A stretch of DNA of 64,000 bases from Octopus bimaculoides (lineage: Eukaryota). Positions 41,391 through 56,479 of the stretch are shown here, piece after piece (positions within the stretch are counted from its first letter, which is position 1; each line of letters begins with the position of its first letter). The stretch is taken from NCBI RefSeq assembly GCF_001194135.2, contig NC_068981.1:56546184-56610183 (forward strand), in the 5' to 3' direction. Both the position numbers and the translations under genes were made by a program. The notes under the pieces were generated by a model. That model ran no database searches, was not told where the DNA came from, and saw nothing but the letters and a program-made list of their open reading frames with translations.

Positions 41391-41799
41391 TACAACTTAT
41401 TCACATACAATAATTTCATCTAGAAAAATTAGAAAACAAAGGAAGATAATGCTGAACGGTTGATGGAAGTTAGTAATTAATTGTTCTAAAAGAATGCACT
41501 GGATAAATATGACAAAAAGTTTTTGGAAAAAAGTTAAACTCAAGTACATTATGAAACAAATAAAAATGTAACATATTTATGAGATCAATACTGATTTCTA
41601 ATGGAGACACAGTACCTAGATTGTAGCAGAAGGGAGGAGTTAATTAAAACAGACTCAGTACTTCATTGGTACTCCATTTTATCAACCCGGATTTAGAAAT
41701 CAAATGTTAATAGATTGAGCACAAATGCCATAAGGCATCTTACCCGACGTTTTCACGATTCTGCATATTGCCGCCCTTCATGTGTTGAATATTACATAC

Positions 41800-42005
41800 G
41801 CGCAAGGCGGCGAGCTGGCAGAAGTGTTAGCACGCCAGACGAAATGCTTAGCAGTATTTTGTCTGTCTTGACGTTCTGAGTTCAAATTCCGCCGAGGTCG
41901 GCTTTGCCTTTCGGGGTCGATAAATTAAGAACGTGTTGCGTACTGGGGTCGATCTAATCGACTGGCTCCCTCACCCAAAAGTTTTGGGCCTTGTGCCTAG
42001 GGTAA
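41800..42005 (+). mobile_element. Full-length tRNA-head SINE (6609-type)
   Basis: AAGGCGGCGAGCTGGCAGAA...GTTCAAATTCCGCCGAGGTCG...GGCCTTGTGCCTAG. Confidence 0.9.
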
Positions 42006-42387
42006 TAGTTTTCTGTATTTTTAACATAACGGGTTTTGATTCGTGGAACATCTGGAAGCTATCTCTAGCAGAAACAACAAACCTGTCAGGATATCCTTGT
42101 TCTGGTTACCTAGCATATATATGTTGAATCAAATGCTGGTGTCTTTCAAATGTTTTACTTATCAATGCAATTGGTAACCGAAGGTTATTCACATCTATCA
42201 ATTGAATCTTACGCTGAGGCATTACTTTATAATGATGTTACTTGAAGTAATTTCTTCGTAATAATAATTTCAAAATGAGTTGATCGAATATAAATTTATT
42301 GAATTATGATCGGATATCGACTGAGGTAACCACACAGCTTACAAACAATTTGATTTTGATGTGAATTATTTCTATATAACTACGAAT

Positions 42388-42425
<38 letters not shown>

Positions 42426-43198
42426 NNNNNNNNNNNNNNNNNNNNNNNNNNNNNNNNNNNNNNNNNNNNNNNNNNNNNNNNNNNNNNNNNNNNNNNNNNN
42501 NNNNNNNNNNNNNNNNNNNNNNNNNNNNNNNNNNNNNNNNNNNNNNNNNNNNNNNNNNNNNNNNNNNNNNNNNNNNNNNNNNNNNNNNNNNNNNNNNNNN
42601 NNNNNNNNNNNNNNNNNNNNNNNNNNNNNNNNNNNNNNNNNNNNNNNNNNNNNNNNNNNNNNNNNNNNNNNNNNNNNNNNNNNNNNNNNNNNNNNNNNNN
42701 NNNNNNNNNNNNNNNNNNNNNNNNNNNNNNNNNNNNNNNNNNNNNNNNNNNNNNNNNNNNNNNNNNNNNNNNNNNNNNNNNNNNNNNNNNNNNNNNNNNN
42801 NNNNNNNNNNNNNNNNNNNNNNNNNNNNNNNNNNNNNNNNNNNNNNNNNNNNNNNNNNNNNNNNNNNNNNNNNNNNNNNNNNNNNNNNNNNNNNNNNNNN
42901 NNNNNNNNNNNNNNNNNNNNNNNNNNNNNNNNNNNNNNNNNNNNNNNNNNNNNNNNNNNNNNNNNNNNNNNNNNNNNNNNNNNNNNNNTATATATATATA
43001 TATATATGTATGTATATATAATATATATACGTCTCTAGGCATTTATGTATTTATATAAACATATATATTTACATGGAAATATGTATATATAAGTGATTAT
43101 ATATAAAGAGGTTTTGACTACAATGTTTCACCGAAGATCCTCATATTCTGTAAAAAGAAAATGAAAATATTAGTAAAGAGATGTTGCTCTTGCAAGTG

Positions 43199-43253
<55 letters not shown>

Positions 43254-43689
43254 CAGCAGCAGCAGCAGCAGCAGCAACGGAAACAGCAACAGTCGCAGCA
43301 CCAGAAGCAGCGATAGAAGTAGTAGTAGTAGCAGTAGTGTAAGGTTTGGTTCGGTTAAAGAATTTCAACTGCAATTTAAGAGTTGGTTTCAGTTTTAAAA
43401 AATTGGATGACGACAGTATAACGGGCGAAAGTTAAGGAATTAAAATCTTAAAAGTAGAAAGATAAAACAAGACGTGATTAGGAAAACAAAAATGCTTAAT
43501 GTTATGTAAAACAATTGATAAGAATGAATGGAAGGCAGGATTTGTAAATGTATTGCTTGACTTCTGTTGAAATCAGAGAGGAAAAGAAAGGTGTAGTGTG
43601 TTATTCTGCGTCGATTATGATGCAAGCACCAGCCTAGGGGTGGTGACTCTCAGAACAGTTAAACTGATAAGTAAATACAGTAAGATATT

Positions 43690-43885
43690 CATTCTTTTAT
43701 TCTTTTACTTGTTTCAGTCACTAGACTGCGGCCATGCTCGGGTACACCTTGAAGAATTTTAGTCGAATGAAGCGAACTCAATACATTAAAAAAAAGTTTT
43801 AAAGCTTGGTACTTATCCTGTCGGTCTCTTTGCCGAAGTACTAAGTTACAGGGACTTAAACACATCAATACCGGTTGTCAATCGG
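43690..43885 (-). mobile_element. SINE of the 30110 type
   Basis: Reverse-complement tail TTTTACTTGTTTCAGTCA...GCGGCCATGCT and GGTACTTAT central segment. Confidence 0.7.
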
Positions 43886-44023
43886 TGGTGGGGGACAAAC
43901 AGACCCGCGCACACATTATATATNNNNNNNNNNNNNNNNNNNNNNNNNNNNNNNNNNNNNNNNNNNNNNNNNNNNNNNNNNNNNNNNNNNNNNNNNNNNN
44001 NNNNNNNNNNNNNNNNNNNNNNA

Positions 44024-44059
<36 letters not shown>

Positions 44060-44197
44060 TGTATATGACGGGTCTTTTTCAGTTTCCGTCTATTAAGTTC
44101 ACTCACAAGGTTTTGGTCGGCCCGAGGCTTTAATAGAAGACACTTGCCCAAGTATTCACTGCCTGAAAGTTTATTTTAACTAATGATATATACAGGC

Positions 44198-44229
<32 letters not shown>

Positions 44230-47200
44230 GCGTCGCTGTTGATGTGGAAGTTGCCAATAGGAGACAGTATCCTTAGTCGTTGTCAATAAATATTTGCTTG
44301 AGAGGGCACATTGCGAGAACATGCGATCAAATCACACCGGAATGAGTAAACACATCATCAATATTTCCAAACGCCTAAAAATCAATATTTCAACGATCCG
44401 TAGCTCAATGAAGAATAAATCCAAAGTCTACATAATGTAGCTTTTCTCTAGAATAGACCAGTCTAAACAAATATTTGTTGTTGATGATGTTGTTGTGTAA
44501 TCGCAGAGCAACTGTACTGGATAGTGGTAATCGATTGAACACGATACACGGCCTACTGCCTTATAGTCTCACTTATTCTGTGTCTCCGCCTAGCTGAGAT
44601 CTATACAAGCAACGATAACACGTATAGGCTGAAATGTTACTCTTTGGATATTCAGCAGTCTCTCCAGTCTGTCCAGTAAAGGTCTATGCTCGTAGATTCT
44701 AGAGGTGGCTAGGGCAAGCGTGGGTCGAGAAAAGCCGACTCAGTCAGACAGCGATGATTTCTTTGGTCTTTTGCACTTAAAAACACTTTTATAGGCATTT
44801 TAAGGCCCAACCCATACATTATTGTATCACACGTTTGTATATTTGCTGACGCATTTTTGCATCTCATGAATGTATCGTTTGATCAGTATTCTAGCTGTGC
44901 ACACCCTTTGTCTTTCTTCTGGCAAGACTTAACTGCAATTTCGCTGATCGAGCAGTCGGATAAAGGCTTCCAATATAGTTCGAGTTTAAGCCAGTGATCA
45001 TTATCGACGAAACCAATTTACTAGGATCAGTAAATTGTAGTTCGGTTAAGATTATAATCAAGATTTAATATTTTAGTATTTCCCTAAATATAACGTGTTT
45101 TGTTGTCCAATTGCTGTCTTCTTATAGCTTTCATCATTTTTGCTGGAGTCTTTACTTGCACATGCTGAATGTCAAAGCTTTAATCGTGAACCAGCTCTGG
45201 GGACTGTTGTTTTTCGGGATATGAATAACAATAGACCTCACCTCTTATCTTTCATATCTGGAAATATTCGGCAAACATGTAATAACTTCCTTCCCCCGCG
45301 AAACAACGAATTATATGGCATATCCCAAAAGGTAAAGGTAAATCAATGTTTTTTTTTTTTTCTGCATACTTATGTTTTGTTGTTATTTGTGAAAGCTTCG
45401 TTCATTGTTGGGAGCAAACTGCATAGACTGCGTACAAGTATTACAGCAGTTTAAACAGAATACTTATTCATTTTGACGGATCCAAGTTATTTAAACACTC
45501 AACAGAGACAAAAATTTCAAATTATTTTGGTGATGGTATTTTCTCGAAGAAACGAGAGTTTCGGAATAAGAATATAATAGGGTTATTTTAGATAGTGATT
45601 GAAACTACAATAATTGTGTTCTTCACCCCTCACCCCAGAAGTACAGTAAATATCCCATTAGAATATGCAAATTATTGGGCACCAAAAGTATTACAAGATT
45701 GACTTATGTAATACAATGACGACGATTTAATAAAAAATATATTAAAACCTAAATTAATATAATACAATGATATAGTTCTAGCATTACCCGTGAAAATTCC
45801 ACAGTTATTTTGAAAACTTAAGATTGGTGGGAGTTTATAGAGAACCATGAAATGCCTTCCTTTTAAAGGAAGTATTTTTTCTGCAACAAATGAGCTTTTT
45901 ACATGGTGTTAAATTCATATGTTTTGTAGTTGAAAGTGAAGTCTTAAGTAAGAACAACTTAGTAAGTTTTATTTCTTTGTTATACACTTGTTACTCTTCT
46001 ACCTTGAGAGTTGTTATCTATTATTTATCACTTTATCTCAAGAAGTAATCGATATGGCTATGGAAAAAAAAAATCCCAGATATGATTTATCTATTGTACT
46101 ACTCTGCTATAGTATGACTACTTGAGAAAGCTTTATCAAATTTTAATGAACTGTATTACATCCTAATTTTCAGATCTGAGAAAAGTTGATTTAGTTAAAC
46201 TTGAACCAGTGGCGTCCTCGTTTGGACTCCTAGATACATTTCTGACTCCTTATTCCTTCTAGTCATGTTAAGCTAACTGAAAAAATTACGCAGAACAAAA
46301 CGAATATCAGTGATATTTCCGGACAGAACATCACCTTTCACCTTAGTGGTAAAGTCCACTGAGTCTTTGCTTTTTATTCCAGCTCATCTCGAACTAAGGG
46401 TACTTATATTAAATGTCACTTTTGCTATGAATATCGTTCCTTACTCCGGGGTATTACATATCTAGGATTACATGATCTAATGTGTCACTGATTTTTCAAA
46501 GCAATAGAGTATATATTTAAGGACGATTTGGCTATAATTTCTAGCAGATCTAACAACTACAATACAGCTCTTTCGTTTGTTCGAAGTCTCACCAGTTAAA
46601 GACAGAGGAAGATGTGTACATACCTCTACTTTCACGTGCTGATTCCTCTCTCGACACACTCCTTCTAATTAGTCCTTTCAAAATCAATTGGACACAAGAT
46701 CAATTGCCTCAGTATGGACGTAAAGACGCTCCAGTATATTGTTCGAAAAGTCCACTTGGATGTGGCGGGAATTGAATGGAGCTGCAATACATCTATTTAT
46801 TGCAGTTTTGTGGAAAGGTAATGCTTTCTACTTAACCATAAAATCTCCTGTCAATTTAAGATTGTAGCAAACATTAGTGCTTGTATGTGGTCGTTCGACC
46901 AGCTAAAAATTGCAGCCCAACTCATTTAAATTACTCTCTTCGATCTGAAAGAAGAAAAGGATACCTTAGATAATATAATCCCTTATATTCTTAAAAAAGT
47001 AAGGAGGGCTATGATTAGAAAGTCTTTCATCATAGGCTAATATGGAGATAGATAATAACAACTACAACCAAATTATATAACTATGACTCGAAAATGACCA
47101 AGCTGCAATGATGTGGAGAAGGTTTTTGTACCTTAAGAAATAATTGAAAATGAATTTAACAATTTCTACACATGATTTCCAATCAAGTCATTTGCTTGAC

Positions 47201-50200
47201 AAGTACAACTCTGAAAAGAAAACATTGCCACCAGGAAAAAGACTTTTTATAAAATACATGATGACCATAACCACCTCAACTAACACACTAACAACATCAT
47301 TCTTAACATCACCAACACCGTTACAATTATCAAACGAAAATGCTCCTGACTGCTTAAATATTCGGAATAATTATTCCCACCTCAAATATTATCAAAGTCA
47401 GTCTCATTACAAACTTCACAACGATTATCGCTTCTAGTTATAATTTACTCAGCTGTCACCACAATCACCACCACCAACAACAGCAACGAACGAATAAAAC
47501 CACCTGTACATAGTAATTCTATCTACTTAAAACTGTGGCCAAGTATTTCTTAAAACACACTCGAACCTATCAAAAATGGATCATATGTAAGACTATAATA
47601 GACAATATATTATACAATTAGGTATACACAGTCTGAAGAAAAATTTTAACAGGATGGTAATGGCTGGAACACCTTGGCCGTATGTCGGTTCAATCAAACC
47701 AGTGCTGGTGCTAAAGAGCCGTAACAACAACAACAACATTATTTACAGCAGCACGTGAGCAATACCGCAGCAATAACAATAACATTGATGTCACATAACC
47801 GAATCAGTTAGCTTACAATGTCTTTACCACGAGCATCAATCGTTCCCCGCAAATACCAATAACAGCAATATCGGCCACACGCTTCAAATTAACGTAAAAG
47901 TAACCGCTACCCATAACATCATTCAGAACACTCGATACCACTACATCACTATCAAAGCATTCATAATGAACAATGTGATCCACGTCAACGATAAAAATCA
48001 TGCAAAAGTTTGAGACAAGTCACATATGTGACATAATGCAAGATTTTTTTTCATAATGTTCAACAAAGTCTTTCTCCCCATGCCTTCATTATCGGAATAT
48101 CTCCACCTTGTCCTATTTGTAGCTAGATATCGATTGAGTTGAATATCTTTCGTGTGAGAGATATGTTTTCCCTACATTTATTATTAATATTTTCTCCCCA
48201 TCCTACTCCATTCTATCGCTAGCCACCAGATGCCAAGCAGAAATTGTGAATAAATACCGGTTGGAGGCTTTTGTCTTCAAACATATATTTGTTTCGATGC
48301 CGACTGTTTCAGCTTCCTCGAGCCTTTCCTTTGCTTTATTCTTTTTATTTATTTATTTATTTATTTATATTTTTATAGTTCTTGATTTTTTAAAATAATT
48401 GTTCCTGTTCTCTGTTTTCCTGCTCTGACATTGCTATTAATATTGAAGGTGAAGTAATATGCAAGAGTACAAGTGTAGAATAAATTCTTAATAACGATCT
48501 GTCACAACGATTTTAGTTGGGTTATTTAAATATGTTGGTTGGAAACAAAGTTGGGTGGAAGCAAAGATGATCTGTAAATTCTTATTGTGTTGGAACATCG
48601 CTGAATAATGTGTAACGTAGCGTGCGGGAGCCTTGGTAAAGTACTAAAGAGAACCTCTTGTATACGATAAGAATAGAAATAACCATAAAAAATGCATCAG
48701 GACGTGAACATATTTAGATGTGTAAACATCTGACTAACTAATTCGAGTGACTGAGAATGATGAAATCAGTTTCAAATGGGTCTTTTACAATACATGTGTT
48801 GCTTGCTTAGTGTCCTGTTGGAAACAGGATAGAACAGAGATTGAATAACTTGTAACCAACTGCAGTCAGAACAAGTTTAACCCTTGAAATGTTATTAATT
48901 GAACATATGTAAATATGCTTTCTCTATAATTGTTAGACTTCCAAATTTCTTGAATTGTGCGAATTTACTGTCAGTTTCCAAGATTTTACTTACAGTACAG
49001 GAATGATGATTCATTGTTGCTCTAACAAGCCAATGTCTTACAAACCAGTCACATTTCTGCTCAATTCTATTTCCAATCAAATTAAACAATCCAATTAAAT
49101 CGTTCTGAGAGAACGAATGAGTTGGGACAGGGATCAAAACGTAAAAGAACAAACATGTAAAACTTCGCCATTGGGTACCTTCATTCGCTGCCCCAAAGAA
49201 AGGCAGAACAACCTTAGTAAAAATCAGCAATAACAGAAGCAAGACAAAAAAAAATTGATTCATATTGTGTCATGAGATTTCAAATAGTCGATAAAGAAAA
49301 TAGAAACAACTCTCGTAGTTTACTGTTATTGTAGCAGATTGTGAATTAAGCAGAATATTATATGGTCAAATAGAAAGTTATATATTGTGACAAGTGTATA
49401 TGAAAACATATAGTTGTGTATGATAAACTAGATTGCACGTAAACAGAACAAATAAGGTAAGAATTGTGAAATAGGTTAACCTCTCAAACATGAGTTATAC
49501 ATTCCCAGCATCTGAACATAGCTTTAACACTAGAGTGACTACTGATAATTCTTCACATTTCCATAATGAGCTTCGTAGGGGATAGAAACAAAAATGAAAG
49601 CCTTAAGGAATTTTACATTTTAAGAACATTATAGAACATTATTGGATATAAGCAATTACTATTTCAAACGGTTTAAGCGACTTTCTAGGACCCGCTTGTC
49701 AATAATGTTTTTTCTGCATTGTGATAATTAAGGAGTTATTCTGGATGAAAGTAAAAATATGATTTCATATAGTCAATATTAGTATTTAGATAGAATGTTG
49801 TATGTTATTAGTATAAAACTACTATGTCTAACGTTCATGAAAACCCTAAAGCAAATAGGGTTTCCTGTATGACGACGAGATTAGATGTTTTAGAAGGTAG
49901 TGAACTGTTAAATTATGGTTGATGGACGACCTTAAATAGTATATGGTATATAGTTTAATGTACTTCCACTCCTGACAACTTGCCGCTTTACCATAAGTAA
50001 ACATTTTAAAGTACATGGTGATACTTAATTCCTACTAATCTGGCATTCGTACATCACCTTCATGTGACGGAGCACTTTTATTTCCGCTTGTAACTGGCCT
50101 CTTTGATGTAAGGTCACAGATTTATAAAGGTGGATAATGAGATTATTCGATATTAACTAGTGTAAATTGGCTTTAATTGAGAATTTGAACAAGTTTGTAA

Positions 50201-51399
50201 AGTCAAGTGAGTAATAGTTTGCAATATGCTCTGTAGTAGTCATGTATCTGATCCCTACTCACATACTAATTAAAGGTGTTTTAACTAATTCCAAACTTTC
50301 ATTCGAGGATCACTATAATATTTTAATACCTCACTTTTGCTGCTGTGTTTTGTACAAAAACTGTAGCAATGCTACATCACCACATTGTTTTCTGTTTTAT
50401 CCATCCATCCATCCATCTGAGTTACAGGCATAATACAAAGTCCACTGTGCCATTTGGATGCCTTTAATAGAGTTCAATATGTTACAAGAATTAACATACT
50501 GCTTTGCAGACGTTTAGGCCTGGTATGAACTGCATGAATATTACCAGACTGGAAGAGCCTGAAAAGGTCATAAGCGACGCTTTTCTTGTCAGAATCGCCT
50601 ATTAAAGTATGAAACTGGTAGCTGGCAGTACTGAAGAAAAATCCTGAGAGTGATATACAAAGTGGTGGGGTGAGACTTAAATATATACTAAAATGCACTT
50701 GATTAAACGCACTAAATACAAAGTCACCTGATATGCCCCAACATTCGAATGGTTATGAGACTTACTACCACCACTGCAGTGCCAAAACCGCAACAACAAT
50801 TACTTGAGCGATTTACGTTTACACATTGAGTACAAGTTGCAACTAAATAGTAATTTAAAATAATATTTTATTTTTATATTCATATCGAAATAGAAATATC
50901 GATGAGTGTGACTGAAAGGTCTTGCTTTTATATTTATCATGACTATTCAATGAAACATTACTAGTTCGGAAATGTTCACTTCCACCAAGTTCGTCTACTT
51001 TTAGTAATGGTTGCATGGAAGTACACAGAAACATTCATATTTAAACTTCCAAAAATGTCACGCCGACCTGGATTTCTGTTAGGTTCTGTTTTAAAGTTTG
51101 ATTCCAGTCTAAAAGTAATATTCCTATCGGAGAAACATATGCAGAAATTTGATGTCTTAAATGTTATACATGAACTCATCTACGTGTATAAATATTACAT
51201 GAATATATAAAATATAACATGCCTATGCATATTAATGCATATATGTGCCTGGATGTTAATACACGAAAAGCCAACAAACAAAACAAAAGTACTGTGTGTA
51301 TATATATACATATGTATATACAACTAGATGTTTACGTGCGAGCACTAGTGTAGGAAAGAATACATTTATGATTGTAATGAACAAAACTATTAGTTGTTC

Positions 51400-51960
51400 A
51401 TATTTTGGCCTTCCTATGACTCTAGCGTTTATTACATTGGGTTTTCTGGTCCCTTATCATATTCCTCTTGAGACTATCTAGTTAATTGGTCATTCGTGAA
51501 ATATCTCCATGAAGGTTTAATGGGCAAACGTGGCTGTATTCAGAAAAATGCCTATTGTGAATTATGAATATTGTTTTTCTCTCGATGAAATGCGATTATG
51601 TCAAAGGAAACTACTGTAATCCGCAAGTTCCATAGTTAATATGCATATGTTGGAAATGTTTTATCCATGTCAGGGTTTGGCTGGTGCCAAGAGAAAAACC
51701 AATAAATTCAGCATGATGGTTGGTGTGTATTATAAAATAATTCAAAGGTGTTTGGTTTCTCTGTTGCCTATAAGCATATTTAAAATACACTGTTTTCCCA
51801 AGCTACCGTCTCATTTCGCTGTTAAGATCCAACCCAGTTCTGTTTTAAAACCATTTCCCTTTCTTTTATCATGCTGCTTGCATATTGTTTATATTTATTG
51901 ATGATTTGACAGCAATTATTCAAAGATGCATAATATATGTTTAGATCAACACCAGGATGG
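51400..51960 (+). mobile_element. Highly degenerate CR1/L2-like RT remnant
   Basis: QPSSVLKP (compare PQGSVLGP) followed by LFIFIDDL. Confidence 0.35.
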
Positions 51961-52109
51961 AATTGCTAAAGTTGTCTTAAAGCATGATGCTGCAGATACA
52001 ACTATAATAATAATAATAAAAAAACTCTTCTACTCTCTGTTTTTTTTTTTTGATAGATTAAATGTTAGTCATCTCATAAAGCTGAATCATTTCCTTATAA
52101 TCACATGGC

Positions 52110-52143
<34 letters not shown>

Positions 52144-52145
52144 AT

Positions 52146-52183
<38 letters not shown>

Positions 52184-54282
52184 ACACATATATATATATA
52201 TATATATACACTGAAAGAGAGTGGTAGGTTTATAGGTAAATAGATAGATAGATATCAGAGAGATAGACAGACAGATAAACATGTGCTTCCGAAGAAGCAT
52301 CTTAACTCAGCGAAAACAAGATATTTTCCCTCTGAAATTGGTCAATAAATAATAAAAATAATCAGAAGTATATCAATGTCTATGTGAGAGGGTCAATAGA
52401 ACTAATACTAATACTAAAACACTCTTCAACTGCAGCGAGAGTCTTTTCATCAGTTAATCTTTCCAGATTTTATACAATGTAAGTATACGTGCATGTGTAC
52501 GTGCGTGTGTATGCACGCACGTATTTGTGTATGTATGTATTTCTTTGATCCTAAGGTGAAAACAAAGCGAAGCTGTTTGTTGTGTGATATTACTTATAGG
52601 TATGGCTTAAATCTATAGAACTTGAGCATTGTCTACTTCACCCTGATGTAAAGCATCATGAGAGATTACGAATATTAGGAAACACAGAGCAGGAAAATCT
52701 TGCTGGAAGATTTAAATTGTCTTCTTTTCTTTTCTGCTGATGATGTGACCCTCAGTATTTATAATGATGTTAGAGATGAAAATTATGATGGCTATTTATT
52801 TGAGTGAAGACAAATATGTCGTAAATGTGGCTACGGTCTTTATAGTCAGTGTTGTATGATGAACAAAGACAGTCTTGTAACATTTGTCATAAAACATTTG
52901 CTATAAGTAGATATTTAAGATACTTCTATGAAATATAATTTCTTGCCAACTAGTTTGATAAATACAAATGACGACTCAATATCTTAAATTTTTGTGACTA
53001 AGATTATATATAAAAGTATTTCCAAGCAGAGCATATATATGTGTATTTTTGACGTCATATTTGCCGAAAATGGCGATTTTCTTCAGAGCAGACTGTTGGT
53101 CTCGCTCAGCTATTCGTCTGCGTTACTATAGGGACAAATGTCTCAGAGGAGTATGACCATAATGCTATGTTTTATTGAATGAACGAAATAACAAAAAAAA
53201 AAAAAAATGTCTGCTATGGCAAGCATATTATATAGATCTCTTTTTGGCAGCTGTATAAAACAAGCAAAATGATTGCAACTGTGTCTTCAATAAATGTACA
53301 CACAATCACTTCGGCTATGCTCTTTATGTCGTCTATCGATTACATGCTGGAGTGGATTACATTTTAACAATTTTTGTATATCGTGACATGTACTGTATAA
53401 TTGAAGCTTCGTGCAACTAGACTGGCGTGGTTTCACTTGCGGAGTGAAATCGATTCACTTCGTTTGCCCTACAAATAGGAATGTTATGAACGTAACAAAA
53501 AATATATATAGGACCGTGATCGTAAAGAAAGCATGAATGTTCAAACTGATCGTAAGCAAGCAGATATAAGCTTGTGATAATATGGCTGCATGGGTTTATT
53601 TATTAAAAACAGGCACTTCTTACGTCATAAAATAATTTGGAGGAATGACTCCTTGGCTAATAGTAAACGTTCAGCATTGTCGTAATGATAAATGGAATTA
53701 TTTCTACATGCTGGAATTATCCAGAAATATCAGAAATTTACCATTACTTTATTAGTGATTACTAAAATGGTTATAACACTGGACTAAAGGGAATGATAAT
53801 GAAATACAAATTGAGAAAAGTTGTAATTCATTATTCGCTGCTCCAGGATTTATACTTGGGTAAAATTGGAAAGCGAGGAGTAAAATTAAGTTATAACCAA
53901 CAAATAAATATGCAAAAATGAAAATATTTTTATAGAATCTGGACGGCTGCATCACTCCGTTTATTAAAAACAGATATATGATAATTCGTAAGTTTCAAAG
54001 GAAATATAAATTTTCCAGAAACTTAGATGTACTTACTTTAAAATCTTTTAAGGTTAAGCTATCCCCCAAATCATTTCATAACATAGTTCTTAACTTACCC
54101 TCTGTTTTGCTCCGGCCCCCAACGACCATTGTTGTTTCCACTTCCTCTCAATGACTTTTCATCCATTCTTTTTCCTTAACATTGTCAATTTCTCTCTGAT
54201 CTTCATCTCATTTCCTTCTCTATATGCATCACCATTTCTACTTGTATTTCTCTCATTTGTTTAACTTCTTTAAGTTGCTAAC

Positions 54283-54284
<2 letters not shown>

Positions 54285-54352
<68 letters not shown>

Positions 54353-55015
54353 ATACATAGTTATATTTTACTTCCTATATATAATATAATATAATATAAT
54401 ATAATATAATATAATATAATATAATATACGCACCATTTTTATTCGCAATTTCGTCCAACAACAAGAATTCTCCAAACCATAACAATTCTCAAAATATCCA
54501 ATTAATTAAGAAATGTGATGTTTCGGATATAAAAAAGGACGAATTCACCTCAAACATCGGCTGGTTTGAAGGAAATATCAATTCGCATACTTTATTTCAT
54601 TGTCAGTTTTATAAATATAATCCCTTCTATTTCCTCCATTATTATTCATATGAGGTTTTTCAGGCTTTCCTAATAGATCCCCTTCCCAAATCGTTTTTAA
54701 CTGGCATTTTTCTTTCTTTATTGAAAAGATTTTAATTTTTTGAGATATCTTTATTGTGGCATTTTTGTTCGGCTATATTGTTTTAATCATTGTAACTAAA
54801 AATGCACCCAACTAACCAGCAAAAATGCGTGGAAACCTAACAATTTATTATCAATGTATCAATATGTGTGTATGCATACACACATACACATGTTTAGTTA
54901 TCTATCGATTGCTCATCTTACCAATCAATTAAAAAATCAATCCAAATAAACATCTATCTTATTTGGTTATATAGCTAAATATGAGAGTATATATACTAGC
55001 ATTTATGTTAGAATA

Positions 55016-55054
<39 letters not shown>

Positions 55055-55140
55055 GTATGTATGTATATATGTGTGTATGTATTTATGTATGTATGTATGT
55101 ATGTATGTATGTATGTATGTATGTATGTGCGTGTATGTTT
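54285..55140. repeat. (TATC)n, (TATAA)n, (AT)n and (TATG)n microsatellites
   Basis: Read directly at about 54285-54352, 54377-54428 and 55020-55135. Confidence 0.9.
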
Positions 55141-56302
55141 GTCTATGTATGAATATGCACATATGCATATATTCATGATGGTTTTATATCTATAGGGTCT
55201 CGTTACGACTATCAGGAACAAAAATTCGATCGCAAGAACGATGAAAATAAATGGAGTATGATAAAAACAATTGGTAGCCGATAGAACACCTATTGTGGTG
55301 GAAATGTGTCGATGAGCATACTGTAGGTATGTCTGCAGTATTATTGCTCTACAAACGAATATTAGAGTGGTTAGTGCAACCTTTTTCTCGTAATCTCTCT
55401 TACTTCTATAATGTGATCTAAGTCTTACTTTCAATATACATTTTTTAATAAATTAATGAGAGCAGCGGTGACAATGCCATGGACATTGAATGTTCAAAAA
55501 CAATGGGTTTGAGAACAGGCATCTGCCTTCACAGTCTTTGACTTTATAATCTTAAAGTGTGTTTGTAAATGCATGTGACTTCATAATTTTACTGGAGGAC
55601 ATGATAATCCTCAAGTGATATCATGCCGGAAAACAATAATTAAATTTATAAGTTGAATCTAAAATCTTATCCTATTTGATATTGAAGAAAAGAATTTGTT
55701 ACCTTCTATTAAGAACTACTTGCAGCCATGAGGATTTAATTTTATCTGATTATTTTTTTGACAGAGACTCCGCAGTAAGTAGAGAGATAGCACATCTGTG
55801 CAAACAAATTGGCTTCAAACAGTTATGCAAAACTGTTCATGCTATGAATATTTGCGAACGCCTGAAGCTAATTGGAATTTTCTAGCCACTAGTTCTTCCC
55901 AACTGTAAGCTGTTCCGTGAAGGTCGCTTGGTTGTAAGATAAGTAATATTATAGAGTAAGATTTTATATCAGTGAAATATAGCAAAAGATCCTGAATTGA
56001 AGATACCTGTTGTGGAATTCTTAGCAGATCTGCAATTTCAAAGTCGTTTTAGACAAATCCATGTTAAGATTTACCTTCATGCACTCAAGAAAATCTATTG
56101 ATTTGTATCCCGCAGTTAAAACGACAGAACATTCGTATTAACAATTTCAAATAATAGAAAACTATCTCATTCTGATCATTAAAGCTTAAAAACGCTGTAC
56201 TTTTATTGCATTGTTTCATTTTCTTCGTAGTCAAGTACTGGATGGAAGGTTTGTCATACCTATTTGTATTTCTCCTGGGGGGAGAAAAGAGATACTAATA
56301 AT

Positions 56303-56350
<48 letters not shown>

Positions 56351-56479
56351 ATGTACGTATACACAGATAGTGCATGGTAACATGGAATCCAGTACAACCT
56401 GAAACATAGTCGGATTGTTAGTGATTAAAGCGGCACTCCCACCACGCTACTTTGGTTTGGAAGGTTGTTAGAAACCCAG

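Noticed and set aside
51550-51740. GPCR TM1-TM2-like reading on the minus strand (NLLV...SNICILTMELAD)
   Set aside because: It contains stops, and the plus strand is better explained as a CR1/L2 RT remnant.
55003-55434. GPCR-like minus ORF (EKKVALTTLIF... LAIEFLFLIVVTRPYRYKTIM)
   Set aside because: There is no DRY or NPxxY motif, helix order is not coherent, and it runs into a microsatellite. The hydrophobicity may be an antisense effect of a purine-rich plus strand. A profile search would settle it.
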